From Streptosporangiales bacterium (GTDB lineage Bacteria > Actinomycetota > Actinomycetes > Streptosporangiales > WHST01): DNA of 64,000 bases. The translations under genes and the position numbers were made by a program. The notes under the pieces are model-generated. The model was not told the DNA's origin. It worked only from the letters and a program-made list of their open reading frames with translations, and ran no database searches. Below, piece by piece: positions 33,378 to 43,276 of the stretch (the first letter of the stretch is position 1; the number at the start of each line of letters is the position of its first letter). The stretch covers positions 1,195-65,194 of the forward strand of contig JBOHBN010000132.1 in the NCBI GenBank assembly GCA_050698355.1. Direction: 5' to 3'.

Positions 33378-34004
33378 ATGACAGCCATGACCAGTGCGCA
33401 CGACGCGGTGACGGTCGCCGACCTCCTTGCCTATCCGCCCGAGGCGGCGGTCGAGATCGTCGAGGGCACCATCTACCTGAGCCGCGACGGTGGCTTCGAC
33501 GTCGTGGACGTCGATGCGCTGCCGGACGACGGCAGGCGCCATGAGCTCGTCGACGGGGTCATCGTCTTGAGTCCCGCACCGAGACGCGTCCACCAGCGCG
33601 GCGCATTCCAGCTGGCTCGGCTACTGGCCGACGCCGCGCCGGCAGATCTCGAGATCATCATGGCGCCGTTCGACGTGGACGCCGGACCGAAGAGCCAGGT
33701 GGAGCCCGACATCCTCGTGTTGCCGCGCGAGGACAGGGACGGTCCGGTGCCGCCACCACTGCTCGCGGTCGAGGTGCTCTCCCCCTCCAACCGCGGACAC
33801 GACATGCTGACCAAACGCAACCTGTACGAGCGTATCCGGGTGCCGTCGTACTGGCTCGTCGATCCCGACGAGCCCGCCGTGACGGTTCTGGAGCTGGACG
33901 ACGCCGGGCGGTACGCGGAGGTCGCACGGACCTCCGGCGGCGCGAGCGTCTCGGTCGAGCGGCCGTACCCGGTCACCTTCCGCCCGGTCGACCTGATCCG
34001 CTGA
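33378..34004 (+). CDS. Uma2-family (DUF820) endonuclease-like protein, copy 2
   Basis: VDVDALPDDGRRHELVDG...EPDILVLP...LAVEVLSPSNRGHDMLTKRNLYERIRVPSYWLVDP has the same architecture as the 18527..19081 gene. Confidence 0.85.
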   Translation: MTAMTSAHDAVTVADLLAYPPEAAVEIVEGTIYLSRDGGFDVVDVDALPDDGRRHELVDGVIVLSPAPRRVHQRGAFQLARLLADAAPADLEIIMAPFDVDAGPKSQVEPDILVLPREDRDGPVPPPLLAVEVLSPSNRGHDMLTKRNLYERIRVPSYWLVDPDEPAVTVLELDDAGRYAEVARTSGGASVSVERPYPVTFRPVDLIR

Positions 34005-34075
34005 GCAGCGATCCAGCCGAACTTATCGAGGCCAAGCCCGCATAACGTGGTCATTCGGGAAGGGGCCGTAGCGAG

Positions 34076-36325
34076 CTAGCCGAACAGGGTGGGGAGCGCG
34101 CCTTCGTACGCGGCGCGCAGCTCGGTGAGAGGGATGGCGAACTGCTCCTCGACGGCAAGCTCGCCGCCACCGGTCTCGCCGAGGTCCGCGTACGCGATCC
34201 CCGACCGCTCGCACATCTCAACTAGTGCAGCCGCATCGTCCGCGGGCACGGCCACGACCGCGCGGGCTGACGACTCGCTGAACAGCGCGACGAACGGGTC
34301 GACCCCGGCGGGGACGGTCACCCGTACGCCCTGGCCGCCCGCGAGACACGACTCGACGAGCGCCGAGGCGAGCCCACCGGCGGACACATCGTGCGCGGCA
34401 ACCACCGCACCGCGCTGCGCCAGCTCTCGCACCACCTCACCGAGCGCGCGTTCGGCCGCCAGGTCGACCCGCGGCGGTGACCCGCCGAGGTGCTGGTGGA
34501 CGACGTGCGCCCAGGCGGACCCGCCGAGCTCGTCACGCGTCTCGCCCAGCAGGAGGACCCGGCTGCCCGGCTCGGTGAAGCCGAGCGGGATCCGCTTCGC
34601 CACATCCTCGACCACACCGAGCACGCCGAGCACCGGTGTCGGGTGGATCGGCGTGTCACCCGTCTGGTTGTAGAAGCTGACGTTGCCGCCGGTGACCGGC
34701 ACGCCCAGGTCGAAACACCCGTCGGCGAGACCGCGTACGGTCTCCGCGAACTGCCACGTCACGCCGGGGTCCTCCGGGCTGCCGAAGTTCAGGCAGTCGG
34801 TGACGGCGAGCGGCCGCGCGCCCTTGACCGCGACGTTGCGGTACGCCTCGGCGAGCACCAGCTGGGCACCGGTGTACGGGTCGAGAGCGCAGTAGCGTCC
34901 GTTGCCGTCGAGGGACAGCGCGATGCCGAGCCCGGTGTCCTCTGCGACGCGGAGCACCCCCGCGTCGTCGGGAGCGGCGAGGACGGTGTCACCGAGCACG
35001 TACCTGTCGTACTGGCCGGTCACCCACTCCTTGCCCGCCAGCTCGGGCGAGCCGGTGAGCCGGAGCACCGTGTCGCGCAGCTGCTGCCACGTGCCGGGGC
35101 GGGGCGGCTCGCGGTCGGCCACGGATGCGGGCGGCCGGACGCACGGGCGCTCGTACCGCGGGCCCTCGTGCGCGACCGTACGCGGCGGCACGTCCACGAC
35201 CGTCTCGCCCCGCCACGAGATCCGCAACCGCCCGGTGTCGGTGACGGTCCCGACGACGGTCGCCTCGACGTCCCAGGTGGCGCAGACGCCGAGCAGCTCG
35301 TCGACCCGGCCGGGGTCGACGACGGCCATCATGCGTTCCTGCGACTCGCTCATCAGGATCTCGGCCGGCATGAGCGACGGGTCCCGCAGCGGCACGTCGT
35401 CGAGCACGACGTCCATGCCGCCCGTGCCGGCGGACGCCAGCTCGCTCGTCGCGCAGGACAGGCCGGCGGCACCCAGGTCGGACATGCCGACGACGAGGCC
35501 GGCGCGGAACAGCGCGAGGCAGCACTCGATCAGCAGCTTCTCGGTAAACGGGTCGCCGATCTGCACGCTCGGCCGCTTGGTCTCGCTCGCCGCCTCGAAG
35601 GACGCGGACGCGAGCACGGACGCGCCCCCGATCCCGTCTCCTCCCGTTCTGGCGCCGAGCAGCACGACCTTGTTGCCGGGGCCGGGCGCGGTCGCGAGGG
35701 TCAGGTCCTCGTGCCGCATCACGCCGACACACAGGGCGTTCACCAGCGGGTTGCCCGCGTAGCAGGGGTCGAACGAGACCTCGCCGCCGATGTTCGGCAG
35801 GCCGAGGCAGTTGCCGTACCCGCCGACCCCGGCGACCACGCCGGGCAGCACGCGCGCGGTGTCCGCCGCGCCCGCGGAGCCGAACCGGAGCGAGTCCATC
35901 ACCCCGACCGGCCTGGCGCCCATCGCGAGGATGTCGCGCACGATGCCACCCACACCGGTGGCCGCGCCCTGATACGGCTCGACGTACGAGGGGTGGTTGT
36001 GCGACTCGGCCTTGAACGTGACCGCGTACCCCTGGCCGATGTCGACCACGCCTGCGTTCTCGCCGATGCCGGCCATCAGCGCGTCGCTCTGCGGCGCCTT
36101 GGCGCCGAACCGGCTCAGGTACACCTTGCTCGACTTGTAGGAGCAGTGCTCGCTCCACATCACCGAGTACATCGCCAGCTCGCTCGCGGTCGGGCGCCGG
36201 CCGAGAATGCTACGGATACGCGCGTACTCGTCGGCGGTCAACCCCAGCGCGGCGTACGGCTGCTCGGCGTCCGACGAGCGCTCAGCCCACGCGACCGTGT
36301 CCACGTCCGGCACGACGCTCGTCAT
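34076..36325 (-). CDS. purL: phosphoribosylformylglycinamidine synthase subunit PurL
   Basis: [18 protein letters not shown] and [10 protein letters not shown], with a 749-aa length typical of the small PurL. Confidence 0.9.
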   Translation of the reverse strand: MTSVVPDVDTVAWAERSSDAEQPYAALGLTADEYARIRSILGRRPTASELAMYSVMWSEHCSYKSSKVYLSRFGAKAPQSDALMAGIGENAGVVDIGQGYAVTFKAESHNHPSYVEPYQGAATGVGGIVRDILAMGARPVGVMDSLRFGSAGAADTARVLPGVVAGVGGYGNCLGLPNIGGEVSFDPCYAGNPLVNALCVGVMRHEDLTLATAPGPGNKVVLLGARTGGDGIGGASVLASASFEAASETKRPSVQIGDPFTEKLLIECCLALFRAGLVVGMSDLGAAGLSCATSELASAGTGGMDVVLDDVPLRDPSLMPAEILMSESQERMMAVVDPGRVDELLGVCATWDVEATVVGTVTDTGRLRISWRGETVVDVPPRTVAHEGPRYERPCVRPPASVADREPPRPGTWQQLRDTVLRLTGSPELAGKEWVTGQYDRYVLGDTVLAAPDDAGVLRVAEDTGLGIALSLDGNGRYCALDPYTGAQLVLAEAYRNVAVKGARPLAVTDCLNFGSPEDPGVTWQFAETVRGLADGCFDLGVPVTGGNVSFYNQTGDTPIHPTPVLGVLGVVEDVAKRIPLGFTEPGSRVLLLGETRDELGGSAWAHVVHQHLGGSPPRVDLAAERALGEVVRELAQRGAVVAAHDVSAGGLASALVESCLAGGQGVRVTVPAGVDPFVALFSESSARAVVAVPADDAAALVEMCERSGIAYADLGETGGGELAVEEQFAIPLTELRAAYEGALPTLFG

Positions 36326-36999
36326 CAGCGCGCGCTCCCCGCCATCGCCGACGCGAGCACCGAGGCGAACACACCCAACCCGTCGGCCGACGGCCCGGTC
36401 AGGGGATCGACGGCGTGCTCAGGGTGCGGCATGAGGCCCACCACGTTGCCGCGCTCGTTGCACACGCCGGCGATGTCGCGCGCCGACCCGTTCGGGTTGT
36501 CCAGGTAGCGAGCGACGACCTGCCCCTCGCCCTCGAGCCGTTCCAACGTGTCGTCGTCGGCGATGTACGCGCCCTCACCCGACTTCAGCGGGATGCGCAA
36601 CTCCTGGCCGCGCCCGTACGCCGACGTCCAAGCCGTGTCGGCGCGCTCGATGCGCAACCGCTGGTCCCGGCAGACGAAGCGCATGGCGTCGTTGCGTACC
36701 AGGGCACCCGGCAGCAGGTGCGCCTCGCACAGCACCTGGAACCCGTTGCAGATACCCAACACCGGCAGCCCGCGGTTCGCACCCTCGATGACCGCGGACA
36801 TCACAGGCGCGAACCGGGCGATGGCGCCGCACCGCAGGTAGTCGCCGTACGAGAACCCGCCGGGAAGCACGACCGCGTCGACGTCCAGCGCGGTGTCGGC
36901 ATGCCAGAGCTGGACCACCTCGGCGCCAGCGCGGCTGGCGGCGCGACGCGCGTCGCGATCGTCGAGCGACCCGGGGAAGGTCACAACGCCTACACGCAT
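36325..36999 (-). CDS. purQ: phosphoribosylformylglycinamidine synthase subunit PurQ (glutaminase)
   Basis: [30 protein letters not shown] (nucleophile Cys) and MPHPE. Confidence 0.9.
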   Translation of the reverse strand: MRVGVVTFPGSLDDRDARRAASRAGAEVVQLWHADTALDVDAVVLPGGFSYGDYLRCGAIARFAPVMSAVIEGANRGLPVLGICNGFQVLCEAHLLPGALVRNDAMRFVCRDQRLRIERADTAWTSAYGRGQELRIPLKSGEGAYIADDDTLERLEGEGQVVARYLDNPNGSARDIAGVCNERGNVVGLMPHPEHAVDPLTGPSADGLGVFASVLASAMAGSAR

Positions 37000-37024
37000 A
37001 TCTGGGGCTCCGAGCCGGCGGCGG

Positions 37025-37270
37025 TCACTCCCCGGCCCGGACGGTGAAGTCCTCGATGACCGGGTTGGCCAACAGTGTCTCCGCCATCGTACGTACCCGC
37101 TCGACGGCCGCCTCGGTCGAGGGCGCGCTCAGCTCCAGCTCGAACCGCTTGCCCTGCCGCACCGACGAGACGCTGTCGAACCCCTGCCGGTCGAGCGCCG
37201 ACTGCAGCGCCTTGCCCTGGGGATCGAGCAGCTCGGGCTTGAGCATCACCTCGACGACGACTCGAGTCAC
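37025..37270 (-). CDS. purS: phosphoribosylformylglycinamidine synthase subunit PurS
   Basis: [26 protein letters not shown]...NPVIEDF. GTG 37270 was chosen inside track ORF 37025..37333. Confidence 0.85.
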   Translation of the reverse strand: MTRVVVEVMLKPELLDPQGKALQSALDRQGFDSVSSVRQGKRFELELSAPSTEAAVERVRTMAETLLANPVIEDFTVRAGE

Positions 37271-37292
37271 CCGCGCAGCGTACGCTCGCAGG

Positions 37293-37991
37293 GTGCCGGA
37301 CACCGTCGCAGGGGCACGCCCCAGCCCCAACATCTGGAACCACCCGAGGGTCTACGAGAAGGAGAACCGGGCGGTCGACCCGGACGGCGCCATCGAGCGG
37401 TCGATGGAGGAGATCCGCGGCTGGGCGGGAGCGGCGGTGCTCGACATCGGCTGCGGCACCGGCTTCCACCTCCCTACGTTCGCTGCGACCGCCGCGGGTG
37501 TCATCGGCGTCGAGCCGCACCGCGACCTCGCCGCGCTCGCGCGCCGGCGCTCGGCGGGGCTGTCCAACGTGACGGTACGGGAGGGCACCGCCCAGGCGCT
37601 CCCCGTCGCCGATCGTTCCGTGGACATCACGCATGCCCGGTGGGCGTACTTCTTCGGCCCGGGTTGCGAGCCGGGGCTCACCGAGCTCTCACGGGTCATG
37701 CGCCGCGAGGGTGTCGCCTTCGTCATCGACAACGACCCGACGCGCAGCACGTTCGGGGCCTGGTTCCGACGCGCCTTTCCGCGGCACGACGCCCGCGGCG
37801 TCGAGGAGTTCTGGGCACGACGCGGGTGGATACGCCACCAGGTCGACATGCGCTGGAGGTTCGACCGGCGGGAGGACTTCGAGGCGGTCGTACGGATCGA
37901 GTTCCGTCCCGAGGTCGCCGAGCAGGTCCTCGCCGAGCACCCGGGCGCCGGGGTGGACTACGCGGTCAACCTGTGGTGGAAGCGCTTCTGA
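37293..37991 (+). CDS. class I SAM-dependent methyltransferase
   Basis: VLDIGCGTGFH (motif I) and RREGVAFVIDND. GTG 37293 was chosen so that the conserved IWNHPRVYEKENRAVDP N-terminus is included. The track ORF start 37044 overlaps purS. Confidence 0.75.
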   Translation: MPDTVAGARPSPNIWNHPRVYEKENRAVDPDGAIERSMEEIRGWAGAAVLDIGCGTGFHLPTFAATAAGVIGVEPHRDLAALARRRSAGLSNVTVREGTAQALPVADRSVDITHARWAYFFGPGCEPGLTELSRVMRREGVAFVIDNDPTRSTFGAWFRRAFPRHDARGVEEFWARRGWIRHQVDMRWRFDRREDFEAVVRIEFRPEVAEQVLAEHPGAGVDYAVNLWWKRF

Positions 37992-37997
37992 TCGGAG

Positions 37998-38339
37998 TCA
38001 ACCCGAGTCGCCGCTCCCCGACTGCAGGCGCCAGGCTGCGATGACGGCCTCCTCGATCGCGTCGTCGTCGCCACGGGCGAGGTCGGCCACGACCATCATG
38101 TGCTTGGCGAACCGGCCCGGCGCTGAGAACGTCTCCGGGAAGGTGCGCAGCAGCACGTCGCGAGCGTCGAACTCGGTGCGTATCACGATGCGGGTGTCGT
38201 CGAGCTGCCGGGCGACGAGCCTGCCCCGGTACCGCCAGCTCAGCAGGTACTCCTGCCGGCGCTCGGTCACGCCGTCCAGCTGGGCGGCGAGGCAAGAGAT
38301 GCCGGCGAGTTTCACGAGTCCCCCTACTACCTCGGGCAA
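37998..38339 (-). CDS. small hypothetical protein, possibly MmcQ/YjbR-like
   Basis: 113 aa. The ...FSAPGRFAKHMMVVADLARGDDDAIEEAVIAAWRLQ tail resembles YjbR-family C-termini, but the assignment is weak. Confidence 0.4.
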   Translation of the reverse strand: MPEVVGGLVKLAGISCLAAQLDGVTERRQEYLLSWRYRGRLVARQLDDTRIVIRTEFDARDVLLRTFPETFSAPGRFAKHMMVVADLARGDDDAIEEAVIAAWRLQSGSGDSG

Positions 38340-38343
38340 GGCG

Positions 38344-38742
38344 TCAGATCTCCCGCAACGCGAGGAAGTCCGTGACGTTAGCGAGCGTGAGTACCTGCCG
38401 GACGAGGAACGCCGGCACAGCGCACCTGGTCTCGTCGTGCTCGATCTCCGGGTGGGATAGCCGCACGGTACGGCCCCGCGTCGTCAGCTCGCACCCTCCG
38501 GCAGCCAGCACGTTCTTCACCCAATCGGCGTCCGCGCCGTACGTCAGCGCGACGACGTACCCACCGGGACGGCGGAACACGTTAACCGGCGTTCGATACG
38601 TGCGCCCCGACCGCCTGCCCACATGCGCGACGACGCCGAACCCGGGGAGCCAGGGAGCGATCCTCCCGGTGATCCGGTTGAGCCCGACGCGGTTGAACTG
38701 TGCCAGTGTCCTGGGCAGAGGCATCTTTCGAACCTCCTGCAA
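38344..38742 (-). CDS. deazaflavin (F420)-dependent nitroreductase family protein (DUF385/Ddn-like)
   Basis: FNRVGLNRITGRIAPWLPGFGVVAHVGRRSGRTYRTPVNVF...ALTYGADADWVKNVLAAG is the typical Ddn-family pattern. Confidence 0.75.
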   Translation of the reverse strand: MQEVRKMPLPRTLAQFNRVGLNRITGRIAPWLPGFGVVAHVGRRSGRTYRTPVNVFRRPGGYVVALTYGADADWVKNVLAAGGCELTTRGRTVRLSHPEIEHDETRCAVPAFLVRQVLTLANVTDFLALREI

Positions 38743-38867
38743 ACTCGAGGCCAGCTCGGCGGGGTGGCGTCGAGAACATACTCGCGGTACTCGCCGTGGA
38801 AGGCAACGCCTGGGCCTGAGCCACGCCAGAGTCTCGGTTGACGAGCATCAGGTGGTTCGATTGAGGC

Positions 38868-39326
38868 ATGACCACCGATGAGCACGTTCGACGCGTAGTC
38901 AGCACCAGCCGGGAGGTCGAGGCGGAGCCGGAGAGCATCTTCGAGCTCATCGCCGACCCCGCTCACCAACCCCGGTGGGACGGCAACGACAACCTGGGCG
39001 AGGCACCCGCAGGGCAACGAGTACGGGCCGTAGGTGAGGTGTTCACCATGGTTCTCTCGAAGGGGAGCGTGCGGGAGAACCACGTCGTGGAGTTCGACGA
39101 GGGGCGCCTGATTGCGTGGCGACCCGCCGAACCCGGCCAGGGGCCTCCCGGGCATGTGTGGAAATGGGAACTCGAGGCGGTCGAGGCGCACCGCACACGG
39201 GTGACGCACACCTACGACTGGACTCAGTTGACCGACGAGAACCGCCTGCCGCGCGCTCGCGCGACCACCGCGGAGAAGCTGCAAGCCTCGCTGGTCCGTC
39301 TCGCGGCCCTCGCCGAGAGCGGGTGA
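38868..39326 (+). CDS. SRPBCC (START/polyketide-cyclase-like) family protein
   Basis: VSTSREVEAEPESIFELIADPAHQPRWDG...HVWKWELEAV...RVTHTYDW is the SRPBCC ligand-binding fold pattern. Confidence 0.75.
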   Translation: MTTDEHVRRVVSTSREVEAEPESIFELIADPAHQPRWDGNDNLGEAPAGQRVRAVGEVFTMVLSKGSVRENHVVEFDEGRLIAWRPAEPGQGPPGHVWKWELEAVEAHRTRVTHTYDWTQLTDENRLPRARATTAEKLQASLVRLAALAESG

Positions 39327-39327
39327 C

Positions 39328-40134
39328 TCAGATGACCGGTCGGCTCTCCAAGATCTCCGCCTCGTCATCGAGCCGGACCACGCCCGGCTGCTCGACCATG
39401 GCGAACATCCCGAAACAGATCTTCTGGTCCCGGGTGCGGTAGCGGGCGAGCGTACGCAGCGGCTCGCGCGTGCGCTCGCCGGTCGCCTGGTCGATTGTGG
39501 TGACCACGCAGCGGTCGTCCGGCTTGACCAGCCGGAGCATGACCTCGCCGATGCGCAGCAGGCGAACGTCGTCCTCACCGTGCGGCTCGCCCCAGCCGGC
39601 GACAACGACGTTCTGCCGGAACCGGTCCATCGGCACCGGCTCCGCCAGCCGCTCGTTGAGCCCGTCGAGCGACTCCGCCGAGACGATCGTGGCCGGGTAG
39701 GCGTCGGCGTACATCGTGTGGCCGTCGCCGTACGCCGGGTTCACCCGCTTGCCGCCGTCGTCCGGGCACCGCACGAGCCGGCAGTCCCGTCCCAGCACGT
39801 CGGAGAGCCAGCGCGCGGCGTCGTCACCCTGGTCGACGGCAGGCGCCGGCTTGCGGTGCACGGTGACGTCGATGCGCGGGCCGGACGTACGGGTCTCGTG
39901 CGCCATCTCACCGCGGCCGGGCGCGGCCAGCCGGAGCATCCCGTCCGCGTACGTCGGGCGTACGGTCGCGAGCGCGGGTACCTCGCGCTGGCTGAGGTGC
40001 GCGCCGTCCGGCGTCGCCACCATGAACTCGCGGTCGTGCCGCACACCGCGCGGGGTGAACGTGGCGGAGTCCAGGTCGACGGAGCGGCAGGCCTTGACCG
40101 GGTAGGTGTGCAGGGAGATCACGCGAGCGGCCAC
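39328..40134 (-). CDS. MOSC domain-containing protein (MOSC_N beta-barrel plus MOSC)
   Basis: VISLHTYPVKACRS (MOSC_N), DAYPATIVSAESL, FRQNVVVAG and CVVTTIDQATG (conserved Cys). The start is GTG 40134 or 40140. Confidence 0.8.
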   Translation of the reverse strand: MAARVISLHTYPVKACRSVDLDSATFTPRGVRHDREFMVATPDGAHLSQREVPALATVRPTYADGMLRLAAPGRGEMAHETRTSGPRIDVTVHRKPAPAVDQGDDAARWLSDVLGRDCRLVRCPDDGGKRVNPAYGDGHTMYADAYPATIVSAESLDGLNERLAEPVPMDRFRQNVVVAGWGEPHGEDDVRLLRIGEVMLRLVKPDDRCVVTTIDQATGERTREPLRTLARYRTRDQKICFGMFAMVEQPGVVRLDDEAEILESRPVI

Positions 40135-40192
40135 GGGCACGACCGTACCTGCGTACGGGAGAATGCTCGACGGGCTTTCCGAAGGAGGCGAT

Positions 40193-41626
40193 ATGGCGTC
40201 CGACGCCGCGATCCCGGACGTGCTCGCGACCCGGTACGCGTCCGCGCCGATGACGCGGCTGTGGTCAGCCGAGCACAAGGTGATGCTCGAGCGGCGGTTG
40301 TGGCTCGCGGTGCTCCGCGCCCAGCGCGATCTCGGCGTCGACGTGCCCACGGGCGTGCTCGAGGACTACGAGCGGGTGGTGGAGCGCGTCGACCTGGCCT
40401 CCATCCGCCAGCGGGAGCGCGTCACCAAGCACGACGTGAAGGCCAGGATCGAGGAGTTCACCGCGCTCGCGGGTCACGAGCACGTGCACAAGGGGATGAC
40501 GTCTCGCGACCTCACCGAGAACGTCGAGCAGTTGCAGGTACGCGAGTCGGCGCGCACCGTACGGGACCGGATGGTCGCCGCGCTCGCACGGCTCGCCAGG
40601 CTGGCGGCCGAGCACGACACGCTGGCGATGGTGGGCCGCAGCCACAACGTCCCGGCGCAGGTGACCACGCTCGGCAAGCGGTTCGCGAGCGCGGCCGAGG
40701 AGCTGCTCACGGCGTACGACCGGGTGAGCGAGCTGCTGCGCCGTTACCCGCTGCGCGGCATCAAGGGACCGATGGGCACCGCGCAGGACCAGGTCGATCT
40801 GCTGGGCGGTGACCAGGACAAGCTCGCCCGCTTGGAGCAGGCGGTCGCCCGGCATCTGGAGTTCGATCGCGTACTCGACAGCGTCGGCCAGGTCTACCCG
40901 CGCTCGCTCGACTTCGAGGTGGTCTCCGCGCTCGTCCAGGCCGCGGCTGCGCCGGCGAGCCTCGCGACCACGATCCGGCTCATGGCCGGGCAGGATCTGG
41001 CGACCGAGGGCTTCAGCGCCGGCCAGGTCGGCTCGTCGGCCATGCCGCACAAGATGAACGCCAGGTCGTGCGAACGTGTCTGCGGTCTCGCGGTCGTGCT
41101 TCGCGGCTACGCCCAGATGACCGGCGAGCTCGCTGGCACGCAGTGGAACGAGGGCGATGTGTCCTGCTCGGTGGTGCGGCGGGTGGCGCTGCCCGACGCC
41201 TTCTTCGCCGCGGACGGCCTGTTCCAGACCTTCCTGACTGTCCTCGACGGGTTCGGCGCCTACCCGGCGGTCGTGGAGCGGGAGCTGCGCCGCTACCTGC
41301 CGTTCCTCGCCACGACCAAGGTGCTGACGGCGGCCGTACGCAAGGGTGCCGGCCGGGAGCGCGCGTACGCCGCGGTCAAGGAGCATGCGGTCGCGGCGGC
41401 GCTGGCGATGCGCGAGAACGGCCAGGACGCGAACGATCTGCTCGACCGGCTCGCCGCCGACGAACGCCTCGACCTGGACCGTGTGCAGATCGACGCCCTC
41501 GTCGCCGACCCGCTCGCTTTCACCGGCGCCGCGTCAGCGCAGGTCGCCGCCGTGGTCGGTCGCGTGAACGAGGTCGTCGCGGCGCACCCCGAGGCGGCCG
41601 CGTACGAGCCGGGGCCGATCCTGTAG
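40193..41626 (+). CDS. purB: adenylosuccinate lyase
   Basis: HKGMTSRD, the fumarate-lyase signature GSSAMPHKMN, and a 477-aa length. GAAGGAGG RBS before ATG 40193. Confidence 0.9.
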   Translation: MASDAAIPDVLATRYASAPMTRLWSAEHKVMLERRLWLAVLRAQRDLGVDVPTGVLEDYERVVERVDLASIRQRERVTKHDVKARIEEFTALAGHEHVHKGMTSRDLTENVEQLQVRESARTVRDRMVAALARLARLAAEHDTLAMVGRSHNVPAQVTTLGKRFASAAEELLTAYDRVSELLRRYPLRGIKGPMGTAQDQVDLLGGDQDKLARLEQAVARHLEFDRVLDSVGQVYPRSLDFEVVSALVQAAAAPASLATTIRLMAGQDLATEGFSAGQVGSSAMPHKMNARSCERVCGLAVVLRGYAQMTGELAGTQWNEGDVSCSVVRRVALPDAFFAADGLFQTFLTVLDGFGAYPAVVERELRRYLPFLATTKVLTAAVRKGAGRERAYAAVKEHAVAAALAMRENGQDANDLLDRLAADERLDLDRVQIDALVADPLAFTGAASAQVAAVVGRVNEVVAAHPEAAAYEPGPIL

Positions 41627-41632
41627 GGTGGC

Positions 41633-42241
41633 CTACCCGTCGGCGTCGGTGGTCTTGCCCCGCTCGAGCGGCTTGCGGTGCACGGTTACGGTGCCGAACA
41701 GCGCGACCGCCCGGATGGCGACCTTGGGGCCGTCGACGGGTCCCGGCTCGTACGGGTGCTGCAGCGCCCCGAGGATCGGCACACCGGTCATGGTGACCCT
41801 GGCGTCGAGCGGCACGTAGATGTCGACCGCGCCGAACACCGCCTGCGCCTGGATCGCGATCCCGTCGCGCATGTCGGCGTACCTGAGGTCCACCCGCGCG
41901 TTCCCCAGCAACGCCGTGGCGTGCATCTGCCCCGCGATCCGGCCGGTCGGGTGGGCCGAGGTGGACGAAAGCAGCGCGAGGAGCGGGGACACGCCCGTCC
42001 CCTGGGCGACCTCACCCGACGGTGACCGGAGCCCCACCTCGTTCGCCCTGTCCGGCAGGTCGGCGAGGAGCGGTGCGACCTCGCCGTACGTCCTGGCGGC
42101 GTACAGGTTCGCGATCCGCTCGTCGTGTTCCTCGGCGGTCAGGCGCCCCTCGGCGAGCGCCTCCCCGAGCAGCCGGGCGACGCGCTCCCGGTCGGCGTCG
42201 GACGCGCGCATCGACGACTCGGGAAGGTTGTCCTCGGGCAT
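41633..42241 (-). CDS. DUF1707 domain protein with LiaF-like C-terminal domain
   Basis: MRASDADRERVARLLGEALAEGRLTAEEHDERIANLYAARTYGEVAPLLADLP is the DUF1707 (SHOCT-like) signature. The C-terminus LGNARVDLRYA...AVFGAVDIYVP is LiaF-like. Confidence 0.7.
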   Translation of the reverse strand: MPEDNLPESSMRASDADRERVARLLGEALAEGRLTAEEHDERIANLYAARTYGEVAPLLADLPDRANEVGLRSPSGEVAQGTGVSPLLALLSSTSAHPTGRIAGQMHATALLGNARVDLRYADMRDGIAIQAQAVFGAVDIYVPLDARVTMTGVPILGALQHPYEPGPVDGPKVAIRAVALFGTVTVHRKPLERGKTTDADG

Positions 42242-42296
42242 GGCAACAGGGTAGTAGGCGCGTACTGCGAGGTCCGCGTGTGGCCGGAGCGTTCTA

Positions 42297-42358
42297 CAAC
42301 CAATGGGTTGAAGAGCACGTGACCGTAACCTACCATCGTCATCAACCGGACGGTTGAT
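42297..42358. promoter_or_regulatory. two CAACC-N4-GGTTG palindromes in the DUF1707/arsR divergent promoter (candidate ArsR operators)
   Basis: CAACCAATGGGTTG (42297-42310) and ATCAACCGGACGGTTGAT (42341-42358). The latter lies 18 nt upstream of the arsR-family GTG. Confidence 0.45.
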
Positions 42359-42375
42359 AAGGGAGGAGGTGCGCG

Positions 42376-42738
42376 GTGTCGGACGATCGGCTCTCGAGGG
42401 TGTTCGCGGCACTCGCCGACCCGACCCGGCGCGACATCGTGGCCAGGCTCGCGGTCGGCGACGCGACGGTCGGCCAGCTGGCCGAGCCCTACGACGTGTC
42501 CGTACAAGCGGTCTCCAAACACGTCAGGGTGCTCGAGGACGCCGGGCTGGTGAGTCACGACCCGGAGGCGCTGCGGTCACCCCGCCACCTCGAAGCCGAG
42601 GTGTTCGACCTGATGACCAAGTGGATCGAGCGCTACCGCCGGCAGGCCGAGGTACGGTTCCGCCGCCTCGACGCCGTGTTGGCAGCAATGGACGACGAGC
42701 AAGGCACGAACGGCAACCGGCGAGGAGCAGCATCATGA
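42376..42738 (+). CDS. ArsR/SmtB-family transcriptional regulator
   Basis: VFAALADPTRRDIVARLAVGDATVGQLAEPYDVSVQAVSKHVRVLEDAGLV is the canonical ArsR wHTH. Confidence 0.85.
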   Translation: MSDDRLSRVFAALADPTRRDIVARLAVGDATVGQLAEPYDVSVQAVSKHVRVLEDAGLVSHDPEALRSPRHLEAEVFDLMTKWIERYRRQAEVRFRRLDAVLAAMDDEQGTNGNRRGAAS

Positions 42739-43247
42739 CCACCAGCACGACGAACCAGACCCGGATCGAAGTCGACCCGAACCTGCCCACCATCCGCATC
42801 GTGCGTGACTTCACCGCTTCTCCCGAGCGGGTGTATCGGGCGTGGACCGACCCGGAGCTGCTAGCCAAATGGCTGGGCAGGCACGAGCACAGCATCCGGA
42901 TCGACAGGTGGGACGCGCGCACCGGAGGCAACTACCGCTACTCGGTCATGACCGACGGCGTGGCGACGGCGTCCTTCTTCGGCTCCTTCCACGAGCTCCG
43001 GCCCGATGAGCGGATCGTGCGAACGGAGACCTTCGAAATGTTCCCTGACGGCGTCTGCCTCGAGACCGTGGCGTTCGAGGACCTCGGTTCCACGCATACC
43101 CGCGTCACCAGCCTCATCCTCATCGACACGCTGGAGAGCCGCGACGCGATGATCGCCAGCGGGATGGAGCACGGCGTGGTCGAGGGCTACGAGCAGCTCG
43201 ACGCGCTACTCGCCGCCACTCCCCGTGATCATGAAAGTTCATCGTAG
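42735..43247 (+). CDS. SRPBCC / AHSA1 (Aha1-like) domain protein, ArsR-coupled
   Basis: IVRDFTASPERVYRAWTDPELLAKWLG...GGNYRY...F is the AHSA1-family pattern. ATG 42735 overlaps the arsR stop. The last 7 codons plus the stop are encoded inside repeat copy C. Confidence 0.8.
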   Translation: MTTSTTNQTRIEVDPNLPTIRIVRDFTASPERVYRAWTDPELLAKWLGRHEHSIRIDRWDARTGGNYRYSVMTDGVATASFFGSFHELRPDERIVRTETFEMFPDGVCLETVAFEDLGSTHTRVTSLILIDTLESRDAMIASGMEHGVVEGYEQLDALLAATPRDHESSS

Positions 43248-43276
43248 CCACAGCTACGAACATGCTTCATGATCAC
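43225..43276. repeat. copy C of the 52-bp palindromic repeat (imperfect arms)
   Basis: GTGATCATGAAAGTTCATCGTAGCCACAGCTACGAACATGCTTCATGATCAC. By hand count it matches copy B at 42/52 and copy D at 44/52. It contains the stop codons of both convergent flanking genes. Confidence 0.9.

Noticed and set aside
38854-38860. A GGTTCGA T-loop-like word hints at a tRNA.
   Set aside because: I could not fold any acceptor, D or anticodon stems around it. It lies in the 5' region of the SRPBCC gene. No tRNA, rRNA, tmRNA or RNase P-like sequences were seen anywhere in the window.
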